DNA from: Acidimicrobiia bacterium
GTDB lineage: Bacteria; Actinomycetota; Acidimicrobiia; Spongiisociales; UBA5794
Length of the DNA stretch: 52,056 bases
Reading direction: 5' to 3'
Assembly (NCBI GenBank): GCA_036985755.1
Contig: BTQG01000003.1
Coordinates: forward strand, 1 to 52,056
Positions 44,871 through 52,056 of the stretch are shown here, piece after piece. Numbering within the stretch: the stretch's first letter is position 1; the number at the start of each line of letters is the position of its first letter. Both the position numbers and the translations under genes were made by a program. Below the pieces are notes generated by a model that did not search any database, was not told where the DNA came from, and saw nothing but the letters and a program-made list of their open reading frames with translations.

Positions 44871-45949
44871 TAGGACCTCAGATCCAACACGGCGCGCTCG
44901 CCACCCATCCAGGTTCCGTCCGGCGCTACCAGATGGCAGGCCACAAACTGCTCATCCCCACGGTCGTCCAGCGGTGGGTGATCGAGGCTTCGGCACACGT
45001 CGGTGGCGAACGGGCAACGTTCGATGAAGCGGCACACCGCCTCTGGATTGATCGCCTTGCTCACGCCGCCGAGGATCTCGACGTCGGGACGGTGGTAGTC
45101 GGGATCCGGCACCGGCACCGCCGACAGCAGGGCCCGCGTATACGGGTGCATGGGGTTCTTCAGCAACTGTTCGGTCGCTGCCAACTCAACGATTTTTCCC
45201 AGGTACATCACCGCGATGCGATCGCACATGTAACGAGCGACGGCAAGATCGTGGGTGATGTACAGGTAGGTGACGCCGAGCTCATCCGCCAACTCTGTCA
45301 TCAACCGCATGATCGAGATCCTGATGCTGACGTCGAGCATCGACGTCGGCTCGTCGGCAACCACCAACGATGGGTTTATGACCAACGCCCGTGCCACCGC
45401 GACCCGCTGTCGCTGACCACCGGAGAGCTCGTGGGGGTACCGGAACAGAAACGACTCGGCGGGGGTGAGCCCGACAAGGGTCAACAGCTCGATCACCCGC
45501 TTCTCTCTGTCCTGGGTGGCACCGATCTTTTGCACGACGAGAGGCTCCGCCACCGCGTCGAACACGGTGCGTCTCGGGTTCATCGATTCGTATGGATCCT
45601 GGAAGATCATCTGGACGTTCTTGCGGAAGTCCTTGCGGTCGGATTTGCTCGTGATCTCGGTGACTTCGACCATCTCGTCGGCGGCCTGGTCTCTGATCTG
45701 GACGGAACCTTCGGTCGCCTCCTCGAGCTTGACCAAGATGCGCCCGGTCGTCGTCTTTCCACAACCCGACTCGCCGACGAGACCGAGGCTGTGGCCGGCC
45801 GTGATCTCGAAGCTGATGCCGTCGACGGCGTGAATGAAATCCGTTGCCTTGCGGAACATGCCCTTGGACACGGGAAACAGCTTGCGCAGCCCCACGACCT
45901 TGATCCGGGTGGCGGGCGGCGTCTCTTCCCGGTCCGTCGTGTCGGTCAT
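44870..45949 (-). CDS. peptide/nickel ABC transporter ATP-binding protein (OppF/DppF-like)
   Basis: Track ORF 44870..46429 is trimmed to ATG 45949, which overlaps the upstream stop as ATGA. Motifs are [27 protein letters not shown] and LVVADEPTSMLD. The Cys-rich oligopeptide-type C-terminal domain is CRFIERCPFATDVC. Confidence 0.92.
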   Translation of the reverse strand: MTDTTDREETPPATRIKVVGLRKLFPVSKGMFRKATDFIHAVDGISFEITAGHSLGLVGESGCGKTTTGRILVKLEEATEGSVQIRDQAADEMVEVTEITSKSDRKDFRKNVQMIFQDPYESMNPRRTVFDAVAEPLVVQKIGATQDREKRVIELLTLVGLTPAESFLFRYPHELSGGQRQRVAVARALVINPSLVVADEPTSMLDVSIRISIMRLMTELADELGVTYLYITHDLAVARYMCDRIAVMYLGKIVELAATEQLLKNPMHPYTRALLSAVPVPDPDYHRPDVEILGGVSKAINPEAVCRFIERCPFATDVCRSLDHPPLDDRGDEQFVACHLVAPDGTWMGGERAVLDLRS

Positions 45950-46998
45950 GCAGAGGCCGCCTTCATCTCCGGTACCTGCTCGTAGTTCCAACATGCCACC
46001 AGGTGGCCGGGCTCGATCTCTTCCATTGGAGGCTCCTCGGCGGCACATTGCGCTGTGGCGAAGGGGCATCGGGGATGGAAACGGCATCCGGTGGGCGGGC
46101 TCACCAGGTCCGGTGGCTCGCCCTCGAGCGGGCTGAGCTTCAATCGCGGCCCGGTCACCGACGGGGTCGAAGAAAGCAGCAACCAGGCATAGGGGTGGCG
46201 GGGCCGGGCAAAGACATCTTTGGTCAGACCGTGCTCGACGAGCTTTCCTGCGTACATCACGCCGAGGTGATCGGTGATCTCGGCGATCACCGCGATGTCG
46301 TGCGAGATATAGATGATGCTCATGCCGAAGTCGTGCTGGATGCTGCGCAGTTCCTCGAGTACCTGTTCCTGCACGATCACATCCAGCGCGGTGGTCGGCT
46401 CGTCGGCAATGATGAGTTTGGGATCGCATGACAGCGCCATGGCGATGACCGCCCGCTGTTTCATGCCTCCTGAGAACTCATGGGGGTACCGATCCATCAT
46501 CGCCGGGTCGAGGCCCACCAGCTCGAAGAGCTCGGCGATTCGGGCGTTGGCTACGGCCACGGTCGGTTTCGGTTCCCAGTGCAAATCGATGGCTTCGCGG
46601 ATTTGATCGCCGATCCGATACACCGGATTCCATGAGTTCATTGCCCCCTGGAACACCATGGCGACATCGGTCCACCGCCGCCGCCGCATCTGCTCGTCGG
46701 AGAGCTCGAGCAGGTTGTCCCCGTCGAGCACGATCTTCCCTGCCTGGATCTCGGCGTTTTCTGGCAGCAGCCGCATCAGCGACATGGCGATCGAGGTCTT
46801 GCCACAGCCGGACTCGCCAACGAGCCCGAGTGACTCACCACGGCCGATGGTGAAACTGACGTCTTGGACCGCAGAGACGTAGCCATCCTTGGTCCGGTAA
46901 TTCATGATGAGATGCTCGACCTCGAGGATCGGACCGGCGCCTCTCGCTTGCTCACCCTTTTCCGGTTCGCCGGCGACCGTCGACAGATCGGTCGTCAT
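45946..46998 (-). CDS. peptide/nickel ABC transporter ATP-binding protein (OppD/DppD-like)
   Basis: Motifs [39 protein letters not shown] and [14 protein letters not shown]. Confidence 0.92.
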   Translation of the reverse strand: MTTDLSTVAGEPEKGEQARGAGPILEVEHLIMNYRTKDGYVSAVQDVSFTIGRGESLGLVGESGCGKTSIAMSLMRLLPENAEIQAGKIVLDGDNLLELSDEQMRRRRWTDVAMVFQGAMNSWNPVYRIGDQIREAIDLHWEPKPTVAVANARIAELFELVGLDPAMMDRYPHEFSGGMKQRAVIAMALSCDPKLIIADEPTTALDVIVQEQVLEELRSIQHDFGMSIIYISHDIAVIAEITDHLGVMYAGKLVEHGLTKDVFARPRHPYAWLLLSSTPSVTGPRLKLSPLEGEPPDLVSPPTGCRFHPRCPFATAQCAAEEPPMEEIEPGHLVACWNYEQVPEMKAASA

Positions 46999-48086
46999 CG
47001 TGTGCGGAGTCTCGGGTTGACGACCTCATCCATCGCCCGACCGATCAGGAAGAAGCCGGCTCCGAACAACGTCACGGAGAGGCCTGCAGGAAACAGCAGC
47101 CACCAGGCAGCGAGACCGAACAGGGTGTAACCCTGAGTGTGTGCGGTATTGATCATGATTCCCCAGCTCATCGGGATGCTGAGCAAACCGAAGAACGACA
47201 GGGTGGCCTCGAGGAAGATCGCGCCTACGACCTCGAACATCATGTACAGGAAGCTGAGCGGGAGCACGTTGGGCATGATGTGGCGCGTGATGATGTGCCA
47301 GTTCGACCCCCCGGCAACCCTGGCCGCATCGTTGAACGGCTTCACCTTGACCGCGAGGGCCTGGGATTTGAGGATGATCGCAGTCGCGCCCAAGCCGGAC
47401 AGGATTCCGATCAGCAGTCCAAGCTGCCACAGGCCAACCGTATATAACGAGCCGATCACGATCAACAGTGGGAGCAGTGGCAGCAGCAGGATGAGGTCGG
47501 CTTGCCGCATCAGCCAGCTGTCGACCCAGCCTCCGTAGAAGGCCGCCACCGACCCGACGGTGGTCGCAATGGCCACCGCGCTGATGGCGGCGATCACCCC
47601 AAGGGTGAACGCCGCCTGCGCGCTCTTCATCAACTGGGACAGGATGTCGCGAGCAAACGGGTCGGTGCCGAGCAAGTGGGCCCCATTGGGTGGTGCAGGG
47701 GCCTGCCCGACTGCAACCACCTCCCCCTCTTTGGGAAAGAGGGTGCCGTAGATCATGGCCTCGGTGAACGAAATCTGGGTGACCGGATCGGTGACTTCGC
47801 CGTCGGGCACGATGATCTTTTCGATGATGACGGGGTCGTTCCCCCGGACGGGATCGTAAATGTCCGGGTCCCAGACCGTGGCCAACAGGATCGGGTGCAG
47901 GATGGCCAGGAAGCCAAAAAAAGCCACAAGCACGACCCCGGTCACCCCGAGCTTGTTCCGCGAGAAGATCTCCCAGTTCTTTCTGAACGAACGGCTCCAC
48001 AGGCGAAGTCGGATGCGCCACCGAGCCTCGTCTGCAAGGAGGACATCGGGATCCAGCATCGGATCGGCAGTGGACCTATCGGTCAC
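46995..48086 (-). CDS. ABC transporter permease (OppC/DppC-like)
   Basis: A 363-aa polytopic protein with a long N-terminal periplasmic segment. The conserved permease loop is AARVAGGSNWHIITRHIMPNVLP. ATGA overlap with the ATPase gene. Confidence 0.9.
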   Translation of the reverse strand: MTDRSTADPMLDPDVLLADEARWRIRLRLWSRSFRKNWEIFSRNKLGVTGVVLVAFFGFLAILHPILLATVWDPDIYDPVRGNDPVIIEKIIVPDGEVTDPVTQISFTEAMIYGTLFPKEGEVVAVGQAPAPPNGAHLLGTDPFARDILSQLMKSAQAAFTLGVIAAISAVAIATTVGSVAAFYGGWVDSWLMRQADLILLLPLLPLLIVIGSLYTVGLWQLGLLIGILSGLGATAIILKSQALAVKVKPFNDAARVAGGSNWHIITRHIMPNVLPLSFLYMMFEVVGAIFLEATLSFFGLLSIPMSWGIMINTAHTQGYTLFGLAAWWLLFPAGLSVTLFGAGFFLIGRAMDEVVNPRLRTR

Positions 48087-48089
48087 GTC

Positions 48090-49250
48090 TTATCCCTGCA
48101 CCCTGATCCGTGGATCAAGGAAGGCATAGAGGATGTCGGCGACGAGGTGGGCGAACAGAGCGAGCAATCCGATGAAAGCGAGCGCGCCCATCGCCACCGG
48201 GAGATCCTCGACCCTTACCGCGTTGAGCAGGGTCAGCCCGAGGCCCGGCCAGGAGAAGATGGACTCGGTGACGATGCCGCCCCCGATCACAAAGGCAATG
48301 GCGAGCACAAACGACGTTGTAACGGGCAGCATGGCGTTCCTGGCGGCGTGCCGGTCGCGGATCACCTTCTCCGGCACCCCCTTGGCGCGAGCGGTGAAGA
48401 TGTAATCCTCGCGCAAGGTCTCCAGCATCGAGCTTCTGGTGAGCAGGGTGATGGCGGCATAGAACACCAGGGTCAACGTCGTCACCGGGAGCACGGTGTG
48501 GTAGGCGATGTCGGCGGCGAAGCGCGACATCGGTGAGATCAACCAGAAGGCGAGCATCGAAACGGCAATGAGAGCAAACAGCATGCGCCGGGCCCTAGTC
48601 CGCTGTACCGGCTCGGCGATGAACCTGTTCGTCCCCCATATGACAAGGCCGACGCCGGCTAAAGCGATAAACATGGTGAGCAACATCGTGTTGAACACCA
48701 TGTTGGCGGTATAGGGCGCGTCGAACCACTGGGCGGGGGTGAGAAACTTCCCCAGCGGAAACCAGTTGAGCTGAGATCCGAAGAACCACAGCATGAGGAT
48801 CGCAAACCACGGGTAGAAGACCGTGTACAGGATGATGCTGGTGACCATCGTTCCCTTCTCGGCGAGACTCCCTCGCCTCCAGGCCACCATCTTGCCGGTC
48901 TGGAATCCGACGATGTAGGAGAGGATGGTGGCAGACAGGAACAGATAGAGCGTTCGGGGCAAGGCCGTCAACAGGATGTCGGCCACCGTGCGCGGGTAAT
49001 GATCAAAGCTCACCCCGAGGTTGAGGGTGAGCACATTCTTGATGTAGAAGAGGTATTGCGCAAAGAGCGGCCTGTCGAGACCGAGCCGCTCTCGGAGGAT
49101 CTGTTTGGCCTCCGGTGGGATGTCGGGGTTGCCGACGAACTGGGCAGAGATATCGCCGGGCTGGGCGTTGATCAAGAAGAAAAGAATGGTCAGGAAGACA
49201 AGGAACAGCACGAACATCTGCAGGAGCCTGATGGTCAGATAGCGCGCCAA
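48090..49250 (-). CDS. ABC transporter permease (OppB/DppB-like)
   Basis: MARYLTIRLLQMFVLFLVFLTILFFLI... and the loop DYIFTARAKGVPEKVIRDRHAARNAMLPV. The TTG start has GAGGAG 7 nt upstream. Confidence 0.9.
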   Translation of the reverse strand: MARYLTIRLLQMFVLFLVFLTILFFLINAQPGDISAQFVGNPDIPPEAKQILRERLGLDRPLFAQYLFYIKNVLTLNLGVSFDHYPRTVADILLTALPRTLYLFLSATILSYIVGFQTGKMVAWRRGSLAEKGTMVTSIILYTVFYPWFAILMLWFFGSQLNWFPLGKFLTPAQWFDAPYTANMVFNTMLLTMFIALAGVGLVIWGTNRFIAEPVQRTRARRMLFALIAVSMLAFWLISPMSRFAADIAYHTVLPVTTLTLVFYAAITLLTRSSMLETLREDYIFTARAKGVPEKVIRDRHAARNAMLPVTTSFVLAIAFVIGGGIVTESIFSWPGLGLTLLNAVRVEDLPVAMGALAFIGLLALFAHLVADILYAFLDPRIRVQG

Positions 49251-49354
49251 TTAACAGCTCCTCTGTCCTGGGTGGCCCGCAACCACCTGCCTCCTCAGCG
49301 GGGTTGCGAGTTTAGTCGCCCTCCTCACACACCGCATGAGAGTCGAGACTCAAG

Positions 49355-49388
49355 AAAAGAGGGGGGTGCCGAAGCACCCCCCTCTTTT
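49355..49388 (-). terminator. strong bidirectional intrinsic terminator/attenuator between the SBP gene and the permease genes
   Basis: AAAA-GAGGGGGGTGC-cgaa-GCACCCCCCTC-TTTT is a perfect 11-bp GC-rich stem with a tetraloop. It is flanked by an A-tract and a T-tract, so it has a U-tail on either strand. Confidence 0.8.
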
Positions 49389-49407
49389 GTGTATCGATCG
49401 TTGGGCG

Positions 49408-51408
49408 CTACTTGGAAACCGCGTTCTGCAGTCCATCTTGGAACTGAATCCCGGAGAGGGACCCGGTGTAGGGGTACTGCAACGAGTTGTTGTAGAACTC
49501 GGTGATCGGTGTGTCGAACAGCACGACATAGGGGAGATCCTCAGCGAGTTTCGTCTCCATCTGCCAGATCTGATCGAACGCAATCGCTTGATCGGTCTCG
49601 GCGAACATGGCATCGGCCAACGCATCGAATTCAGCGTCGCTGTATCCGGTGGCGTTGCCGCCGTCGTTCGTCTCTGCCCAGTTCCTCGTGTGGAAGAAGC
49701 TCTCATGGAACGTCGGCCATGCCGGGTTCCCGAGGCTCCAACCGAGGATGTACATGTCGAAGGTCGGCGCGGTGCCAACACCGGGCCACACCTGGGCGAC
49801 AATGGTGTTGAAGTCCGTCGGGTTCGCCTTGGCGTTGACGCCGAGGTTCTCCGCCCAGTCCTCCAACCACAGCGACGCCGTGTGGCGCAGCGGGTCGTAG
49901 GTAGCCGAGGGAGCCATGATCTCTACCTCAGGAACAAGAATGCCCTCTGGGTCGATCAGTCCCGAACCGGGCTCCTCTTCGAGGACGTTGCCATCCTCGT
50001 CACGCCCCGCCTCGGTCGTCCAGGTGAATCCGTCGGCCTCGAGCGCCGCATACGCCGCATTCAGGCGCTCTGTCGTGCTCAGACCAACGTACTTGCTGGC
50101 GATCTCGGTGGCGACCTCCTCGTTGTACCACGCCTGGTTGCCCTCAGGCACCATCACGTAGAGCGGGAAGGCCACGCCTTGGAGGACGTTCTGGGTCAGG
50201 TTCTCCTTGTCGAAGTACGCCATGGCCTGCCGGAAACCGAGGAACTTCCCCGGGCTCTTGCGCAGGTTGAAGGCCAGATACCGGAAGCCGTTGGTCGGGT
50301 TGACCGTGACGCTCAGGTTGTCGGCCTCGAGACCCTGCTGACGCAGACCCGGCGATACGCCGAGCGGGTTGATCCAGAAGTCGATCTCACCATCGGCGAG
50401 GGCGAGCATCGCTGCCGCCTGATCGCCGTAGATCGAGAACGCAGTGCGATCGAGGAACGGGCCCTCGGTGTACTCGACGTTCAATTGGTCGCTTCCACCG
50501 CCTTCGCCGTACAACAGCTCATCGTTCTGCGCATACGAACCGTTCAGCCAGAAGGTGTGCTTCAGACCAGCGTTCGCATAGTTCTCGTTCTTGATGTTCT
50601 CGACGAACGCACCCTCTTCACGGCCGTTGTAGCTCACCGGACCGCCGGAGAGATCCCCGACCTCGAGCGAGCTGGCGCCGTACATGATGGCAGCAGGATC
50701 CTCGCTGGCGACAGCCTCTGCGAGCACCGACTCCCATGGAGCCTTCGGCATGATCGAGGCAACACCGACGTTGTGCGGCCACACCGCGCCGCCGGGCTGC
50801 GAGTCGAACGTGAACTTCACCGTGAAGTCGTCAACTGCCTCGACGTTCGTCAGGCGTGGCGACGATTCCTCGGTATAGGGATAGGCGCTGATCCAGTCAC
50901 CACCGAGCTCCGCATCGCGGACCGCCTCGTAGGTGAAGACCACGTCGTTGGCCGTCAGGGCGCTGCCGTCTGACCACGTGTAGTCGTCACGCATTGGCTG
51001 GGTGACCGTCCAGGTATCTCCGTCCTGGACCGCATCGACGGGCAGACCCGCCGCGACGTCAGGAGCTACGACGAGCCCTGGATAGGCGATACCGAATAGT
51101 GAGGGTTTCGTTGGGCCGTGTACATAGGACATATACACCGTGCCGTCAGGCCCGATGAACGCCCAGTAGTTGTCGTTGACGATGTCCGAAGTCATCCCAA
51201 CGGTATAGGTGAAGCCTGCCGGCGTTGGTGCCGTAGTCGCTTCTGTATCGCTCGGCGCTGCGGTAGTCGCTGTTGTCGCCTCGGTTGTGGACGCGGCGGT
51301 GTCATCACCATCACCATCGTCACTACTCGTGCATGCTCCCGCAATGAGAGCAAAGGCGACCAAAAGGACTACGACAGCGACCGGGCGGTTACGCCATAGT
51401 CGTGTCAA
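49408..51408 (-). CDS. family-5 (peptide/nickel) ABC substrate-binding lipoprotein
   Basis: The TTG start has GAGGAGG 6 nt upstream. The signal peptide plus lipobox is VVLLVAFALIAGAC. A Thr/Asp-rich linker and an about 600-aa SBP_bac_5-like body follow. It is the first gene of the transporter operon. Confidence 0.9.
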   Translation of the reverse strand: MTRLWRNRPVAVVVLLVAFALIAGACTSSDDGDGDDTAASTTEATTATTAAPSDTEATTAPTPAGFTYTVGMTSDIVNDNYWAFIGPDGTVYMSYVHGPTKPSLFGIAYPGLVVAPDVAAGLPVDAVQDGDTWTVTQPMRDDYTWSDGSALTANDVVFTYEAVRDAELGGDWISAYPYTEESSPRLTNVEAVDDFTVKFTFDSQPGGAVWPHNVGVASIMPKAPWESVLAEAVASEDPAAIMYGASSLEVGDLSGGPVSYNGREEGAFVENIKNENYANAGLKHTFWLNGSYAQNDELLYGEGGGSDQLNVEYTEGPFLDRTAFSIYGDQAAAMLALADGEIDFWINPLGVSPGLRQQGLEADNLSVTVNPTNGFRYLAFNLRKSPGKFLGFRQAMAYFDKENLTQNVLQGVAFPLYVMVPEGNQAWYNEEVATEIASKYVGLSTTERLNAAYAALEADGFTWTTEAGRDEDGNVLEEEPGSGLIDPEGILVPEVEIMAPSATYDPLRHTASLWLEDWAENLGVNAKANPTDFNTIVAQVWPGVGTAPTFDMYILGWSLGNPAWPTFHESFFHTRNWAETNDGGNATGYSDAEFDALADAMFAETDQAIAFDQIWQMETKLAEDLPYVVLFDTPITEFYNNSLQYPYTGSLSGIQFQDGLQNAVSK

Positions 51409-51489
51409 AGTTTGCCTCCTCGTTTGGTCAGCTGTGTCCAGCTGCTGTCAACGTGAAAGGCGCGAGGCTGCCTGATGCCCTCGACGGGA

Positions 51490-51720
51490 TCAGGCCAGGA
51501 GCCACGTCAACAAGAACGTGGTTACAGAGAACAGGACAGCCGTCACCACCGTTAGGCGGTCGAGATTCCTCTCGACCACCGTCGACCCGGTGATGTTCCC
51601 GGAGCTCATGCCTCCTCCGAACATGTCGGACACTCCGCCGCCTCTACCCGCATGGAGCAGGATGAGGAAGATGAGTGCCAGAGACACGAGCAGTTGGAAA
51701 ACGGCGACGATTCCGTCCAA
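51490..51720 (-). CDS. secG: preprotein translocase subunit SecG
   Basis: Track ORF 51490..51777 is trimmed to TTG 51720. (M)DGIVAVFQLLVSLALIFLILLHAGRGGGVSDMFGGG...STVVERNLDRLTVV... is 76 aa, colinear with M. tuberculosis SecG (77 aa) as I recall it. The longer start would lie inside the predicted promoter. Confidence 0.85.
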   Translation of the reverse strand: MDGIVAVFQLLVSLALIFLILLHAGRGGGVSDMFGGGMSSGNITGSTVVERNLDRLTVVTAVLFSVTTFLLTWLLA

Positions 51721-51778
51721 GACCTCGGAGCCTTTCTCAACAAGCGGCCCGCGTATGAGACGGACCTGTGGCCGCAAA

Positions 51779-51806
51779 GTATTACGTCACACGCGCTGTA
51801 GTGCAA
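51779..51806 (-). promoter_or_regulatory. candidate sigma-A-type promoter for secG (TTGCAC-16 nt-TAATAC)
   Basis: The minus strand reads cttagTTGCACtacagcgcgtgtgacgTAATACtttgcgg. Hexamers and spacing were read directly; function is inferred. Confidence 0.35.
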
Positions 51807-51883
51807 CTAAGTTCCTGCCATTTTCTGGCAGGGATCGAGTCGCGACTCGCGAGTCGACGGAAGCTTGGCACAATCTGAACTCA

Positions 51884-51932
51884 GGACTTGGACTTGCGAC
51901 TTGCGACTTGCGACTTGCGACTTGGGACTCTC
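51884..51932. repeat. tandem heptamer array GGACTTG-(GACTTGC)x4-GACTTGG-GACTCTC
   Basis: Read directly: seven phase-locked units immediately downstream of the gpmA stop (51934). Confidence 0.9.
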
Positions 51933-51933
51933 T

Positions 51934-52056
51934 CTACCCTGCTTCGGTGGCCACCGCGGCGGCCGCCGCCTCGGCAACGTCCGGATCTCCGAGATAGCCA
52001 CGTTCGATTGGCTTCAGGTCTGCATCGAGCCGGTACAGCAAAGGGATGCCCGTCGG
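51934..52056 (-). CDS. gpmA: 2,3-bisphosphoglycerate-dependent phosphoglycerate mutase, C-terminal 40 codons only (partial)
   Basis: Not in the ORF track (edge ORF). My translation is [40 protein letters not shown]. It parallels the GpmA C-terminus (…[24 protein letters not shown]…AAAVANQGK) as I recall it. Confidence 0.7.
   Translation of the reverse strand, partial: PTGIPLLYRLDADLKPIERGYLGDPDVAEAAAAAVATEAG

Noticed and set aside
49336-50973. 545-aa plus-strand ORF
   Set aside because: It is antisense to the substrate-binding lipoprotein gene, which has a lipobox, SBP-like sequence and operon context.

Overview
High-G+C, very gene-dense chromosomal segment that reads like core Actinomycetota DNA, possibly Acidimicrobiia-like (lineage is inference). 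It holds about 55 protein genes, nearly all on the minus strand, and many junctions are 4-nt ATGA/GTGA overlaps. From left to right: (1) a partial HmuY-like gene; an acyl-CoA carboxyltransferase; and a housekeeping block that reproduces the M. tuberculosis Rv1693-Rv1713 synteny as I recall it (der, cmk, [aroA], rluB, scpB, scpA ... xerD, NUDIX, pyrG, recN, nadK, tlyA, small acidic ORF). ispH and a PDZ/radical-SAM DUF512 gene are inserted there. (2) Rieske, GNAT, GT2 mannosyltransferase, DUF4193 and lipid-kinase genes. (3) A complete, contiguous Pup-proteasome supercluster: helY, tatC, tatA, Zn-ribbon ORF, pafC, pafB, pafA, [plus-strand DUF2007 gene], prcA, prcB, pup, dop, mpa. (4) A seven-gene operon of mostly tiny membrane proteins (OmpA/BON-like and Holin-X-like members). 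(5) A membrane protein, a PLP dehydratase, a lipoprotein and thiI. (6) A Rieske::pyruvate-oxidase-like ThDP enzyme fusion, divergent from an N-terminally extended FNR. (7) tRNA-Leu(GAG). (8) A five-gene peptide-type ABC importer, secG and the 3' end of gpmA. I found no CRISPR array, transposase, prophage, rRNA or recognisable defence or toxin-antitoxin system. Three things are not explained by ordinary annotation. First, short arrays of phase-locked heptanucleotide repeats lie in intergenic spacers; one is a dyad carrying TGA in all six frames. This includes a 22-nt TACGT-rich element present in near-identical copies in three spacers, with degenerate relatives nearby. Second, the Rieske-ThDP/FNR gene pair. 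Third, the small-membrane-protein operon next to mpa. All coordinates were indexed by hand. Product calls rest on motifs I recognise in the translations, not on database searches.
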